Shown here: piece by piece, positions 29,572 through 38,157 of the stretch
Position numbering within the stretch: position 1 is the first letter of the stretch
How the letters are laid out: every line of letters begins with the position of its first letter
IMG/VR virus record: IMGVR_UViG_3300028886_000004
Span: 1-64,000 of that record
DNA length: 64,000 nucleotides
Strand: one strand, 5' to 3'
From: a virus
Taxonomy: Duplodnaviria > Caudoviricetes
The notes under the pieces: model-generated
Database searches by the model: none
What the model saw: only the letters and a program-made list of their open reading frames with translations
Told to the model about the DNA's origin: nothing
Program-made: the position numbers and the translations under genes

Positions 29572-30693
29572 ATGGGAAAATCGGCAGACTTTAGCGAAGG
29601 AATCAAGCTCATCCGGGAAGCACACGCGGATGCGGTTGCCATTCTCGAAAAATGGCGAGAACTGATTGACGCTCCCGGTGAAATTACCCTTACTATTAAG
29701 GACGAAAACGGCGAGCCTCGCACCGTTACGCTCCCTTCCATCCGTGAAGCCATCAACCGCTATCTCGGCGGATCCTTTGAAAGAATTACATTGACCAACG
29801 GCACTTCCGTTGTCGTGATCGAGCTGGATGAGAACGGGCAGGTTGTTATCCGCAACGCGGATTCCTCGGTTACCAATTTCATCACGGCGAACCTTGCGGC
29901 ATCGCGCATCATTCCGAAAGGCGGCAGCGGCATCTCGATTTTGGGAAACACCGTTCTTTCCGGCGGCGTCATCCAAAACGCAAACATCCACGATCTTACC
30001 GCATACACCGGACAAATCTATGGCGCCGAATTCAAAGGCACCACAGCCATTTCCGGAGGCGCCCGTATCACCGGAAACGCCACCATCCGCAACGCCACCA
30101 TCAAAAAGCTCAATTCCGGCTTGGTCAAATACCGCAAGCAGGTTTTGAAGTGGGGCGTGGAGGCAATTGTTGACGAGCAGCTCATCACATCCGTGAATAA
30201 CGGCTTGTGGGTTGGCGACCCCGCCATTCTTGAAAGGGCTGGAATTTTCCCGGAGCCTACTTGGGCGGACTGCATTCACGTGCCGACGGCGTGGCCTACT
30301 TCGGGCCTTCAGCTGGAAGTTTGCTTGGGCGACCCGAATATGGGCGACACGGTCATTACGGACTCTTTCGCTACCTTCTCGCCGTGCTATGCAGCCATGT
30401 GGCCGTACAAAATGTATGAGGCGGTTGAAGGCGGCTATCGTATTCGCTGGCTTCCGTTGGATGATATGGAAGGCCGCGTTACCTATTATTGGACCGGCAA
30501 CGTGGCGCCGTCCGTGGGAAGTTCCACCGTGATGATGTGCGACGATCTTCGGGTCGTCAGTGCCTTGACCGGTATGGAAGCCGCCGTGGAAAGACGCTTT
30601 GCGCTTAGTTCCTATGCGTGCCGCCGTTTCGTGGCCGCTATGAAAACGGAATCAAACCCCGGGGCGTCCGTCACAGATAACCTTCTTTTTTAA
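29572..30693 (+). CDS. putative tail spike/fibre protein
   Basis: shared N-terminal module; Gly/Asn/Ile beta-helix-like repeats. Confidence 0.6.
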   Translation: MGKSADFSEGIKLIREAHADAVAILEKWRELIDAPGEITLTIKDENGEPRTVTLPSIREAINRYLGGSFERITLTNGTSVVVIELDENGQVVIRNADSSVTNFITANLAASRIIPKGGSGISILGNTVLSGGVIQNANIHDLTAYTGQIYGAEFKGTTAISGGARITGNATIRNATIKKLNSGLVKYRKQVLKWGVEAIVDEQLITSVNNGLWVGDPAILERAGIFPEPTWADCIHVPTAWPTSGLQLEVCLGDPNMGDTVITDSFATFSPCYAAMWPYKMYEAVEGGYRIRWLPLDDMEGRVTYYWTGNVAPSVGSSTVMMCDDLRVVSALTGMEAAVERRFALSSYACRRFVAAMKTESNPGASVTDNLLF

Positions 30694-30707
30694 CGGCGAG
30701 GTGTTGA

Positions 30708-31931
30708 ATGCTTTTGGATACCGAAACCGCAGTTAAAATCGCGCATGATATTATCCACGACGCCGAGGAGTTCTTTGATAAATGGCCGCGTCTTTTAGAC
30801 ACTAAGGAGGAGGCGCCCGAAGGCTATGTCGATTTTGAATTTTCCGATGGCAGCCTCATCCGCATGCCTTGCTCTTGGCAGGCGCTTTTGTTTGCGCAGG
30901 GCGCCGAAAGACAGAAACTCGAATTCAAACGCGGCGGCACAACCGTAACGTGGCAGCCCGGATCTGTAGTGGCTGCCCGCGGATCCATTGAAGGACTTGT
31001 CTCCGATGGTCCGGTTGCCGTGGACAACCTCATTACGGAATCTATCCTCGGAATCAGTAATGGGACAACTTCCAGTGTTGAAATTGTGAAGGGACAGTTT
31101 GATGCGATCACCGCGATGGCGATTATCATTGCGGCATCCGTGATTGAAAAGTTGACCGTGAATAACGATGCAACCATCACCGGCGGCAAGTTTGAGAACC
31201 TGCTGGCAGGCGGGGAAGGCTACATCGATGCGGATGTTGAAGAATGGGGCGGCGATTCGATTGAGGTGGAAGACCTTGTCACGTCCGGCGAGCAATACGT
31301 TGCGGTTGAAAAGATGAATGCTTGGACGCAAGGCTCCCCGCTCGCGCCGACCACCGATGCCAAATACACCGGGACCATTCCATTCCTCCCGCTCAACGAA
31401 AAAGCCCTGCCTATCAATGGCTTTGACAACCCGCTCGAATCCAACCCGTTCTTCCCGGACTGGTTCTATACATGCAACCAGGACGGCCCCTACAATCCGC
31501 ATTATGCTTGGGTGCCTTCGCTTACAAAGCCTTCGAAGCCTGCTTGGCGGGATTCGGACGGCATTTATTGGTATCAGGCAAAGGTGACGTGGGATGTCAG
31601 CATGTTCGGCACGGTGAATATGATTTATCCGCCGCGTTGCCGCACCGAGGATAACTACGACTATGTTCTCCCGCCGGTGCCTGCTGCGGCGGATGGGCTG
31701 GTCATTACGGTTCAGCAGCTGGACGATTCCTTTGTTCCGTATACTACCGGGGACCGCTACGAATACCGGAACGAGAACGAATGGTATTGGTATCCGGGTC
31801 GTGCCATTCAGGTGAGAGGGCCTGCCCTTACTCAGTTTGTCCTCAAGCGCGTGTTCACCGTTGTAAACGGCGCAATCACTGCGGTTGAATATCAACTCCT
31901 TCCGTTGGGGGATGTAAATGGGCGTACTTAA
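30708..31931 (+). CDS. putative tail spike/fibre protein
   Basis: shared N-terminal module; beta-helix-like middle region. Confidence 0.6.
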   Translation: MLLDTETAVKIAHDIIHDAEEFFDKWPRLLDTKEEAPEGYVDFEFSDGSLIRMPCSWQALLFAQGAERQKLEFKRGGTTVTWQPGSVVAARGSIEGLVSDGPVAVDNLITESILGISNGTTSSVEIVKGQFDAITAMAIIIAASVIEKLTVNNDATITGGKFENLLAGGEGYIDADVEEWGGDSIEVEDLVTSGEQYVAVEKMNAWTQGSPLAPTTDAKYTGTIPFLPLNEKALPINGFDNPLESNPFFPDWFYTCNQDGPYNPHYAWVPSLTKPSKPAWRDSDGIYWYQAKVTWDVSMFGTVNMIYPPRCRTEDNYDYVLPPVPAAADGLVITVQQLDDSFVPYTTGDRYEYRNENEWYWYPGRAIQVRGPALTQFVLKRVFTVVNGAITAVEYQLLPLGDVNGRT

Positions 31932-34797
31932 TACTTCGTATACCGCTTCGCAATATGCAGTTGTATCCAAGAACAGGGACTACATTGTCTTGCGCGTCTT
32001 GGATGATTCCTTGTATAGCACCTATTGGAAAGAATTTCTGTCCGCGAAAGTGAACGCGGGCCCGACTCCTCCCGGTCCGAAGGTGAAGCCGATGTATTTG
32101 CGCCTCGAGCAGGTGCCGCCGGAAACCACCCTTGTGGACCAGTATGCAAATTTCATACCGGAGCTTCCGCTCGTAACCATCGAGATGGATGGCGAGCGCA
32201 TCAACGTGACCGATCGTATCACGGCGAATACGCCCAATACGGAGGTTCCAGGGCTGTTTCGTATCGATTACCGCATAAATCTATCCCACGAGTTTTCATC
32301 GCCTATTTGGGCCGTTTATGTCTCAATACAACAGCGTCCGATTTTGCGAAAGGCCGCCGCGGGCTGGGTGCGCGATAGCTATGTGATTCAAACGCTCAAC
32401 CGCCTTGTGATGGAACCGCAGTTCTTGGAAGCACTCCACGCCGCGGGCGAACCGCTTTACGGCTTTATGGAGGCCAACCAGCATCCGTCCGTAAGGGCCT
32501 CGAATCTCTACAAATATGAAGGGCTGGAAGCGTGGGGAGCTGGCGGCGCGTTTAACGACCACTCCAACGGCATCTTCATCACCGGGCTGAAACTTCCGCA
32601 AGGCTCCATCGTCATCTATCAAAGACGGATGCTCCAGCTTCGCGAGCCCGTTTGGCCGGATCCGGTCGGCGCCTTCCATCATATGGATCCGCTGACCCAC
32701 GAGCGCACCCCGGATGCCTATTCCAAGGGTAGCGTCGTGCGCGATGGAGATTCCTGCTACATTTGTATCAACGAGGCCAATTCCGGTATTCCGATGAGCA
32801 ACGCGGACTACTGGCGCAAAGGCTATCTCTACAAATTCAATGTCCTTAACGGCGACGATGATTTCAGGTTGCCGCGTGGGCGCCTGCCAGTCGGCAAAGG
32901 CGGCGTGGAACATATTTGGATTACGGTGGACAACCAGGGCTATTCGTTTTGGGTGGACATCGCCAACCAAACGTCCATCGGCACATATCGCGGATACTAC
33001 GACCGCAAGCACTACGCCGACTACGGCACCGGGGATATGGTCACCTATATCTCCGAGGATGCCATCAAATTGTTCAAGCGCAAGGCCACGGACATTCAGG
33101 GGCAGGATACCTTGATCTACCCGCCGGGACATCATCTCAACCCCGCTTGGGATGAGGTCTTCGCCAAATTCCCCGAGGAGCACCAGCCGCTGTTCTCCGA
33201 TTACTTTATTGTCCCGCATACCAACGCGTCGAACGCTGTTCTTGCAAAAACGTGGACAGTGTCGGAAGAGATGTGCGAGGCCTACGGGAATATGATGGGT
33301 ATTCCTCCGCTGATCGTGAAGGAGTGCGGCGCCAAGTGGTCCGCATTGCTTTTCGCATTGCTGTCCCGCACACGCAACACCTTTGAAGGACTCCGCGTTT
33401 GCTTCCGGGCGGTTGGCTTGGATGTGGAGAATCTCCGCTTGTCCGATCCGTCCCTCAAATACCTGTGCAACCCCGATGGCGACGGGCTGGAAGAGGTTGA
33501 TGACGTTTACACGCAACACGAGAATCTCCGCAGGCTCATTGCGAACATTGATTCGCTGGCGCCTGAGGGCAAAGAAAAGGCGGAAGAGGGTTGCCTCCGC
33601 TATGTTACCGAAAATACAGAAGGCGCCGATTCGAAGGACATCAATGTTGCCATCCAGCAATATTCGGAAGCGGATGGCGGCTGGGTTACGCGCTATCGCT
33701 TTGAAAGGATTGAGCCGGCACAGAATTTCAATAACCGCTACTACAAAGGCGATTTGAATGTGCTGGCACGCCTCGCCGAGGATGCAGTTGCCGATTTGGG
33801 CGATGGACATACTTGGGTGAAGGAGTCCGCTTGGGCAGGCAACCCGTCGGCGCTCGTTGCCGAATGCCTTACCTATGAAATTCCTATCTACATTTTCCTC
33901 CGCCTCAAGATTTGGCTCTATGCGGAAAACCGCATTGAAATGCAGGGCTTCGTTTATTCCGGACTTTGCGATGGTCAACGCGGCGGCGCCAAGAATGTGA
34001 TTGAATTGTTCCCCTCGCGCTACTTCAGCCGCGTTGCCCACAACTTCGTTGATGTGGAAACCGGGGTGTTCATTAAGGAGAATGACGGCTGGACCGAAGT
34101 GCAGCCTACGCGCTACAATGAGGAACGCGGTTCCAAAATCTATGAATTCAATGGAATGGTGAATCCGCTCCGCATTATGGCGGTGGACCCGGACAATGTA
34201 TCGTTTGTCCGCTATTGGCAATCGACCCACACGTTCGGCCTGCTCGGGCTGGCGGATTCCACATCGACCGTTAACGAAGTCCCCTTCTTCAACGATGCGC
34301 ACTTCCATAACGTGACCGACCCGGACATTACGGACGAAACCGAATTGATGCTTATGAATGGCTATGTCGGGGTCACGGCATTGTATCGCCCGAAGGAATT
34401 GCACGCGCTCGCATCCGCCCGCCGCTGGATGTATGTTCTCGGCGAGGAGGACTCCGAGGAGAAGTGGGAATTGAGCAACGACGTTGCCTTCGCGGACTTT
34501 GCCGATATCGAGTCCACGGCCATCTATCCGTTTGAAGGGGATGCGGCTTCCTTGAAGGCTGCTCTCAACTACGTCACGGACGGGGAAGGCAATCGCCTTG
34601 ACTTTGAATGGGATGGCGATGAATTGGTCTTCCACGACATCTTCCCGGATGCCATCTACCTGAGGGACAGCGACGGGGTTATCCTTGGCGCCTACGCCTT
34701 GGTGGCCGGACAATACACATTGACGCAGACCGATTACGACCACTACCGCACGGAAACTCCCTGCACATCTGTCCGCATTGGTTTTTCCTACGAGTAG
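31918..34797 (+). CDS. large baseplate/tail protein with CBM5/12-like modules
   Basis: 959 aa; YSKGSVVRDGDSCYIC..YW module; RNTFEGLRVCFRAVG resembles wedge gp7/P2 I KGT..G motif. Confidence 0.6.
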   Translation: MGVLNTSYTASQYAVVSKNRDYIVLRVLDDSLYSTYWKEFLSAKVNAGPTPPGPKVKPMYLRLEQVPPETTLVDQYANFIPELPLVTIEMDGERINVTDRITANTPNTEVPGLFRIDYRINLSHEFSSPIWAVYVSIQQRPILRKAAAGWVRDSYVIQTLNRLVMEPQFLEALHAAGEPLYGFMEANQHPSVRASNLYKYEGLEAWGAGGAFNDHSNGIFITGLKLPQGSIVIYQRRMLQLREPVWPDPVGAFHHMDPLTHERTPDAYSKGSVVRDGDSCYICINEANSGIPMSNADYWRKGYLYKFNVLNGDDDFRLPRGRLPVGKGGVEHIWITVDNQGYSFWVDIANQTSIGTYRGYYDRKHYADYGTGDMVTYISEDAIKLFKRKATDIQGQDTLIYPPGHHLNPAWDEVFAKFPEEHQPLFSDYFIVPHTNASNAVLAKTWTVSEEMCEAYGNMMGIPPLIVKECGAKWSALLFALLSRTRNTFEGLRVCFRAVGLDVENLRLSDPSLKYLCNPDGDGLEEVDDVYTQHENLRRLIANIDSLAPEGKEKAEEGCLRYVTENTEGADSKDINVAIQQYSEADGGWVTRYRFERIEPAQNFNNRYYKGDLNVLARLAEDAVADLGDGHTWVKESAWAGNPSALVAECLTYEIPIYIFLRLKIWLYAENRIEMQGFVYSGLCDGQRGGAKNVIELFPSRYFSRVAHNFVDVETGVFIKENDGWTEVQPTRYNEERGSKIYEFNGMVNPLRIMAVDPDNVSFVRYWQSTHTFGLLGLADSTSTVNEVPFFNDAHFHNVTDPDITDETELMLMNGYVGVTALYRPKELHALASARRWMYVLGEEDSEEKWELSNDVAFADFADIESTAIYPFEGDAASLKAALNYVTDGEGNRLDFEWDGDELVFHDIFPDAIYLRDSDGVILGAYALVAGQYTLTQTDYDHYRTETPCTSVRIGFSYE

Positions 34798-34851
34798 TGC
34801 GCCTGCTTCTTCTGTTTATGTATATTTGAAGATGGATTAAATGGTAGAGCT

Positions 34852-35088
34852 ATGGGCATCAAACTTATAAAGAAAAAAACCGAGGCAAGCACTTCCGTAG
34901 GCGAGTTTCAGGCAATTCTTGATTCGCTGGCGGGGCTGTATGCCAATGACGTTCAATTCAAGTATGACGGCGACCAAAAGGTGGTGGCGGTAACTAAAGG
35001 GGACAAGACCATTGGAACTGTCCGTGCCGAAGGTGCCCTTCACACAATCATTTGGGCGACGCTGAGCCTTGCGGAGAAAGAAGCGTGA
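34852..35088 (+). CDS. IKLIKK-leader protein 4
   Basis: MGIKLIKKKTE. Confidence 0.8.
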   Translation: MGIKLIKKKTEASTSVGEFQAILDSLAGLYANDVQFKYDGDQKVVAVTKGDKTIGTVRAEGALHTIIWATLSLAEKEA

Positions 35089-35096
35089 TAGCGATT

Positions 35097-35939
35097 ATGA
35101 CAAATCAAGGCGCCCTTGAAGTCGGCCGCTCCCTTTCCGGGGGCAGTCGTTTTCTTGCTTGGGAAGCCGCTCTCCTCAAAGAGAACTTCGATGGCGAATC
35201 CGTCGATCAGGTGGCAAATATCACCTCCGACGATATAAGCCTCGGCGCCGGATTGATTCACGGCAAACAAATTGTCCATACATTTGAATGCACCGGTTCC
35301 CTGCCGGTTCAGGTCTCCTCCGAGGATGGCGGGACCGAAGTGAAGGCGATGGCGGTTGATTTCGATTTCAACGGCCAAGTCCCTATCGAAGAGGGATCCA
35401 GCTCCAGCAGCGGCAGCGGCGCCGGGAACACCTCCCTGGAATACTCCGCCGTTGTGGCTCTTGCCCGCCGCTACTCCAAATATCAAACGGTTGCCCCGGG
35501 GAGGACCTATAACGTAGGCGACCACGTTTGGCTTCCCTATGAAGCCGACCCCCAGCGCACGAAGGCGTATGTCTGCCTTACGGACGGATTCGTATACGCC
35601 GGCGTCCTGCCTAGCGAGGACACGGAGCATTGGATGGAAACATCCACTGAAACGTTGATTAACTATCCCGGCGAGCCCGACTTCTATTGCGACCCGAACA
35701 GCGACATCATTCCCTTCTTCGTTACCTCCTACGACGACCCCGTCACGATGGCAAATGGTATGGAATGGGAATACAAGGTCCGCGTCTTCTTGGACAATGT
35801 GGTTACGACCAAATTGTCCGAGCTCAAGTATTTCTCAAAAGGCGGGCTGGAAGTTAACGGCAGCCTGATGCTCACATTCCTTGCGAACACCGCCGAGATG
35901 TTCCGTGCCATCCGAGAAAAAGTTTCAACCGCTTCCTAG
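35097..35939 (+). CDS. putative tail-fibre attachment/collar protein with CBM5/12-like module
   Basis: MTNQG N-terminus typical of tail-collar domains; TYNVGDHVW..YVC..P....HW. Confidence 0.5.
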   Translation: MTNQGALEVGRSLSGGSRFLAWEAALLKENFDGESVDQVANITSDDISLGAGLIHGKQIVHTFECTGSLPVQVSSEDGGTEVKAMAVDFDFNGQVPIEEGSSSSSGSGAGNTSLEYSAVVALARRYSKYQTVAPGRTYNVGDHVWLPYEADPQRTKAYVCLTDGFVYAGVLPSEDTEHWMETSTETLINYPGEPDFYCDPNSDIIPFFVTSYDDPVTMANGMEWEYKVRVFLDNVVTTKLSELKYFSKGGLEVNGSLMLTFLANTAEMFRAIREKVSTAS

Positions 35940-35951
35940 CGAGGTTCTTTT

Positions 35952-36515
35952 ATGCCGAAAATCAAAATGCTTGAAAAGCTGTCCCCCTATAAGGTAACCT
36001 ACTTGGCGGACAGACCGGGCGAGATTGGCGCCAAGCTCTATGCGAAAAAAGTTTTTGCCGGCAACGACCGGGATGCCGTTATCACTTTCAACAACTGGTT
36101 TGATACCTGCAAGTCCTTCCCCGAAGGTTCCTCTTGCGACATTCAAAAGGTCGAATTGATTCAAGGCGAAAGCGCCAACAAGTCCTACACATTTACTTGG
36201 TGGGACAACGAGCCCACCGCCGACCGCCGCCCCACCACGAGGGCGGATTTGAAAAATTGCCTGCACAAGGAAATTTTCCTTGCCGTCGATGATGCGGAAG
36301 CGCTGAAGCTGGCGATGGAATATCTTTGCGATTACACCGGCGATGACCCCGAGGATGTTGCCGACACGCCGGAAAAGATTTGGGACCACTTCAACAGCGA
36401 TTGGGGCTCCGGCGATCCTATTCCGATGGTCCTCAAGCAGCGCAGCCGCGTTGTCAAGGATTCCGGCTTCAATCCAAATCGCGAAGACGACGAATCCAAG
36501 CACACCAAAAAGTAA
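35952..36515 (+). CDS. MPKIKM-leader protein 2
   Basis: MPKIKMLE; GAGG RBS. Confidence 0.8.
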   Translation: MPKIKMLEKLSPYKVTYLADRPGEIGAKLYAKKVFAGNDRDAVITFNNWFDTCKSFPEGSSCDIQKVELIQGESANKSYTFTWWDNEPTADRRPTTRADLKNCLHKEIFLAVDDAEALKLAMEYLCDYTGDDPEDVADTPEKIWDHFNSDWGSGDPIPMVLKQRSRVVKDSGFNPNREDDESKHTKK

Positions 36516-36528
36516 AGGACAGCATATT

Positions 36529-37794
36529 ATGGGAATCAAACTTATCAAGAAAACAAACGAGTCCTTTGAATCGGACTTGGAAAACATTGCGCAGACCAGC
36601 GGCGAAATCGAATACGATGACGCCTGGAAATTGAATCGCTCCGCCGCCAAGGATCCGGAACTCCGTAAAAAGGTCCGCAACCTGATTGGCGATTGGCGCA
36701 GCGCCGCCGAGGACGAGGACAACGATGAAATGACAAAGGCCGCCAAGGCGCTCAAGGCATTGGCGGATTCCCTGCCTAAGCAGGAGGCGCGTATGCACCT
36801 CGGCCGCTGCGTAAACTGCCACGGCGGATGGACCAAGACCAATTACGTCGATGAACTGGAACCGGACGTTCGCAAATACTTCAAGGGAATAGGCTTCGCG
36901 GATAACGACGACGTTTGCCCCAAGTGTGTTGCGGCGGTGAAAAAGCATCTCGCGCAGGGCAAGGCCGAAGGCGCCACCTATGACGAATATGTGGACGCGG
37001 TTGCAGCCAGCCTTGAAGATGACTTTGAATACAGCCCGATTACGGCGCTTGAATTTGCCCGCGATGATTTCAAGGACATCACAAAGGCCTTCTACAGCGC
37101 TACCAAGACCCCGAAAGAAGCCGCAAAGGAAATTGACGCCAAGTATATGGGCGAAGGCCGCAAAAAGGCCGAAGGTCACGAAGGCTGGGACGATTGGGAA
37201 GAAGTCGAAGGGCTGGAAGAATCCATTGAAGGAATTGAAAACCTCGCCTACGAATTGCGCCACTGCATTCGCGGCGCCAAGACCCATTGCAAGGATTGGA
37301 AGTCCCTCGCCCTTTACATCAAGGGACTTGCATCCAACCTTGACGATGCCGCCGAATTGATGGCATACAAAACGGACAGCGATGACGATGATGAATCCGC
37401 AAATGAATCGGACAATCCCGTAGGCGAACTCTTTGATGCCTTGAAGCAGGCGCTTGCCGGAAAGGGCTACAAGGTTTCGCAGTTCACCTCGGACAAGGAA
37501 TTTGTCGGACAGAAGAAGGCTTTCGACGGCATAAGCATCGAAAGTGAGGACCCCGACGCGTACCACAAAAATCCGTACCGCATTGTCCTTGATACGGATG
37601 ACAACCTCTTCCGCATCTTCTTCCCCGGGGTTCGCCGCAAATCCGTAACCGGACAGCCCGGCAGCATTTCGGGCATTGTCAAATTCATCTTGCGCGACCT
37701 CAATTTGGATGAATCCAAGAAGAAGAAAAACCCGAGCAAGGATTTTTCGTCCACTGTTGAAGAGGACGAAGATGGCAGAAAGAAATCTCACTAG
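36529..37794 (+). CDS. IKLIKK-leader polyprotein-like protein 5
   Basis: MGIKLIKKTNE; junctions PKQE, GKAE, KKAE, SANE; one CxxC..CxxC segment. Confidence 0.82.
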   Translation: MGIKLIKKTNESFESDLENIAQTSGEIEYDDAWKLNRSAAKDPELRKKVRNLIGDWRSAAEDEDNDEMTKAAKALKALADSLPKQEARMHLGRCVNCHGGWTKTNYVDELEPDVRKYFKGIGFADNDDVCPKCVAAVKKHLAQGKAEGATYDEYVDAVAASLEDDFEYSPITALEFARDDFKDITKAFYSATKTPKEAAKEIDAKYMGEGRKKAEGHEGWDDWEEVEGLEESIEGIENLAYELRHCIRGAKTHCKDWKSLALYIKGLASNLDDAAELMAYKTDSDDDDESANESDNPVGELFDALKQALAGKGYKVSQFTSDKEFVGQKKAFDGISIESEDPDAYHKNPYRIVLDTDDNLFRIFFPGVRRKSVTGQPGSISGIVKFILRDLNLDESKKKKNPSKDFSSTVEEDEDGRKKSH

Positions 37795-37802
37795 GAGTTT
37801 TT

Positions 37803-38141
37803 ATGCACATCAAACTTATTAAGAAAACAAGTGAAGCCGCCCGAGACCTGGAAGCAATTCGTGCCAAGTTTTGCGACAATCCGGATCTCGCCAAAATAGG
37901 GTGCCTCACCGAGCCTTATGAAGGCAACGCCATTTTTGGAACACAGACTTGGAGCGATGGCGTCCCGATTACAAAACACTGGCATCGGGATAACAAAAGC
38001 CAATGGGTGTCCCTTAAAAAGGGAACGCGCTGCATCGCATTGCTTGATCAGGACGGCGGGGAAGTTGAGGCCGTTTGGATTCCATACCGCAACGGATGGC
38101 TCCGTGTGGATGGCAGCGACATCGAAGTAAATTTTAACTAA
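37803..38141 (+). CDS. IKLIKK-leader protein 6
   Basis: MHIKLIKKTSE. Confidence 0.8.
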   Translation: MHIKLIKKTSEAARDLEAIRAKFCDNPDLAKIGCLTEPYEGNAIFGTQTWSDGVPITKHWHRDNKSQWVSLKKGTRCIALLDQDGGEVEAVWIPYRNGWLRVDGSDIEVNFN

Positions 38142-38157
38142 AACACCGAGGACTATT

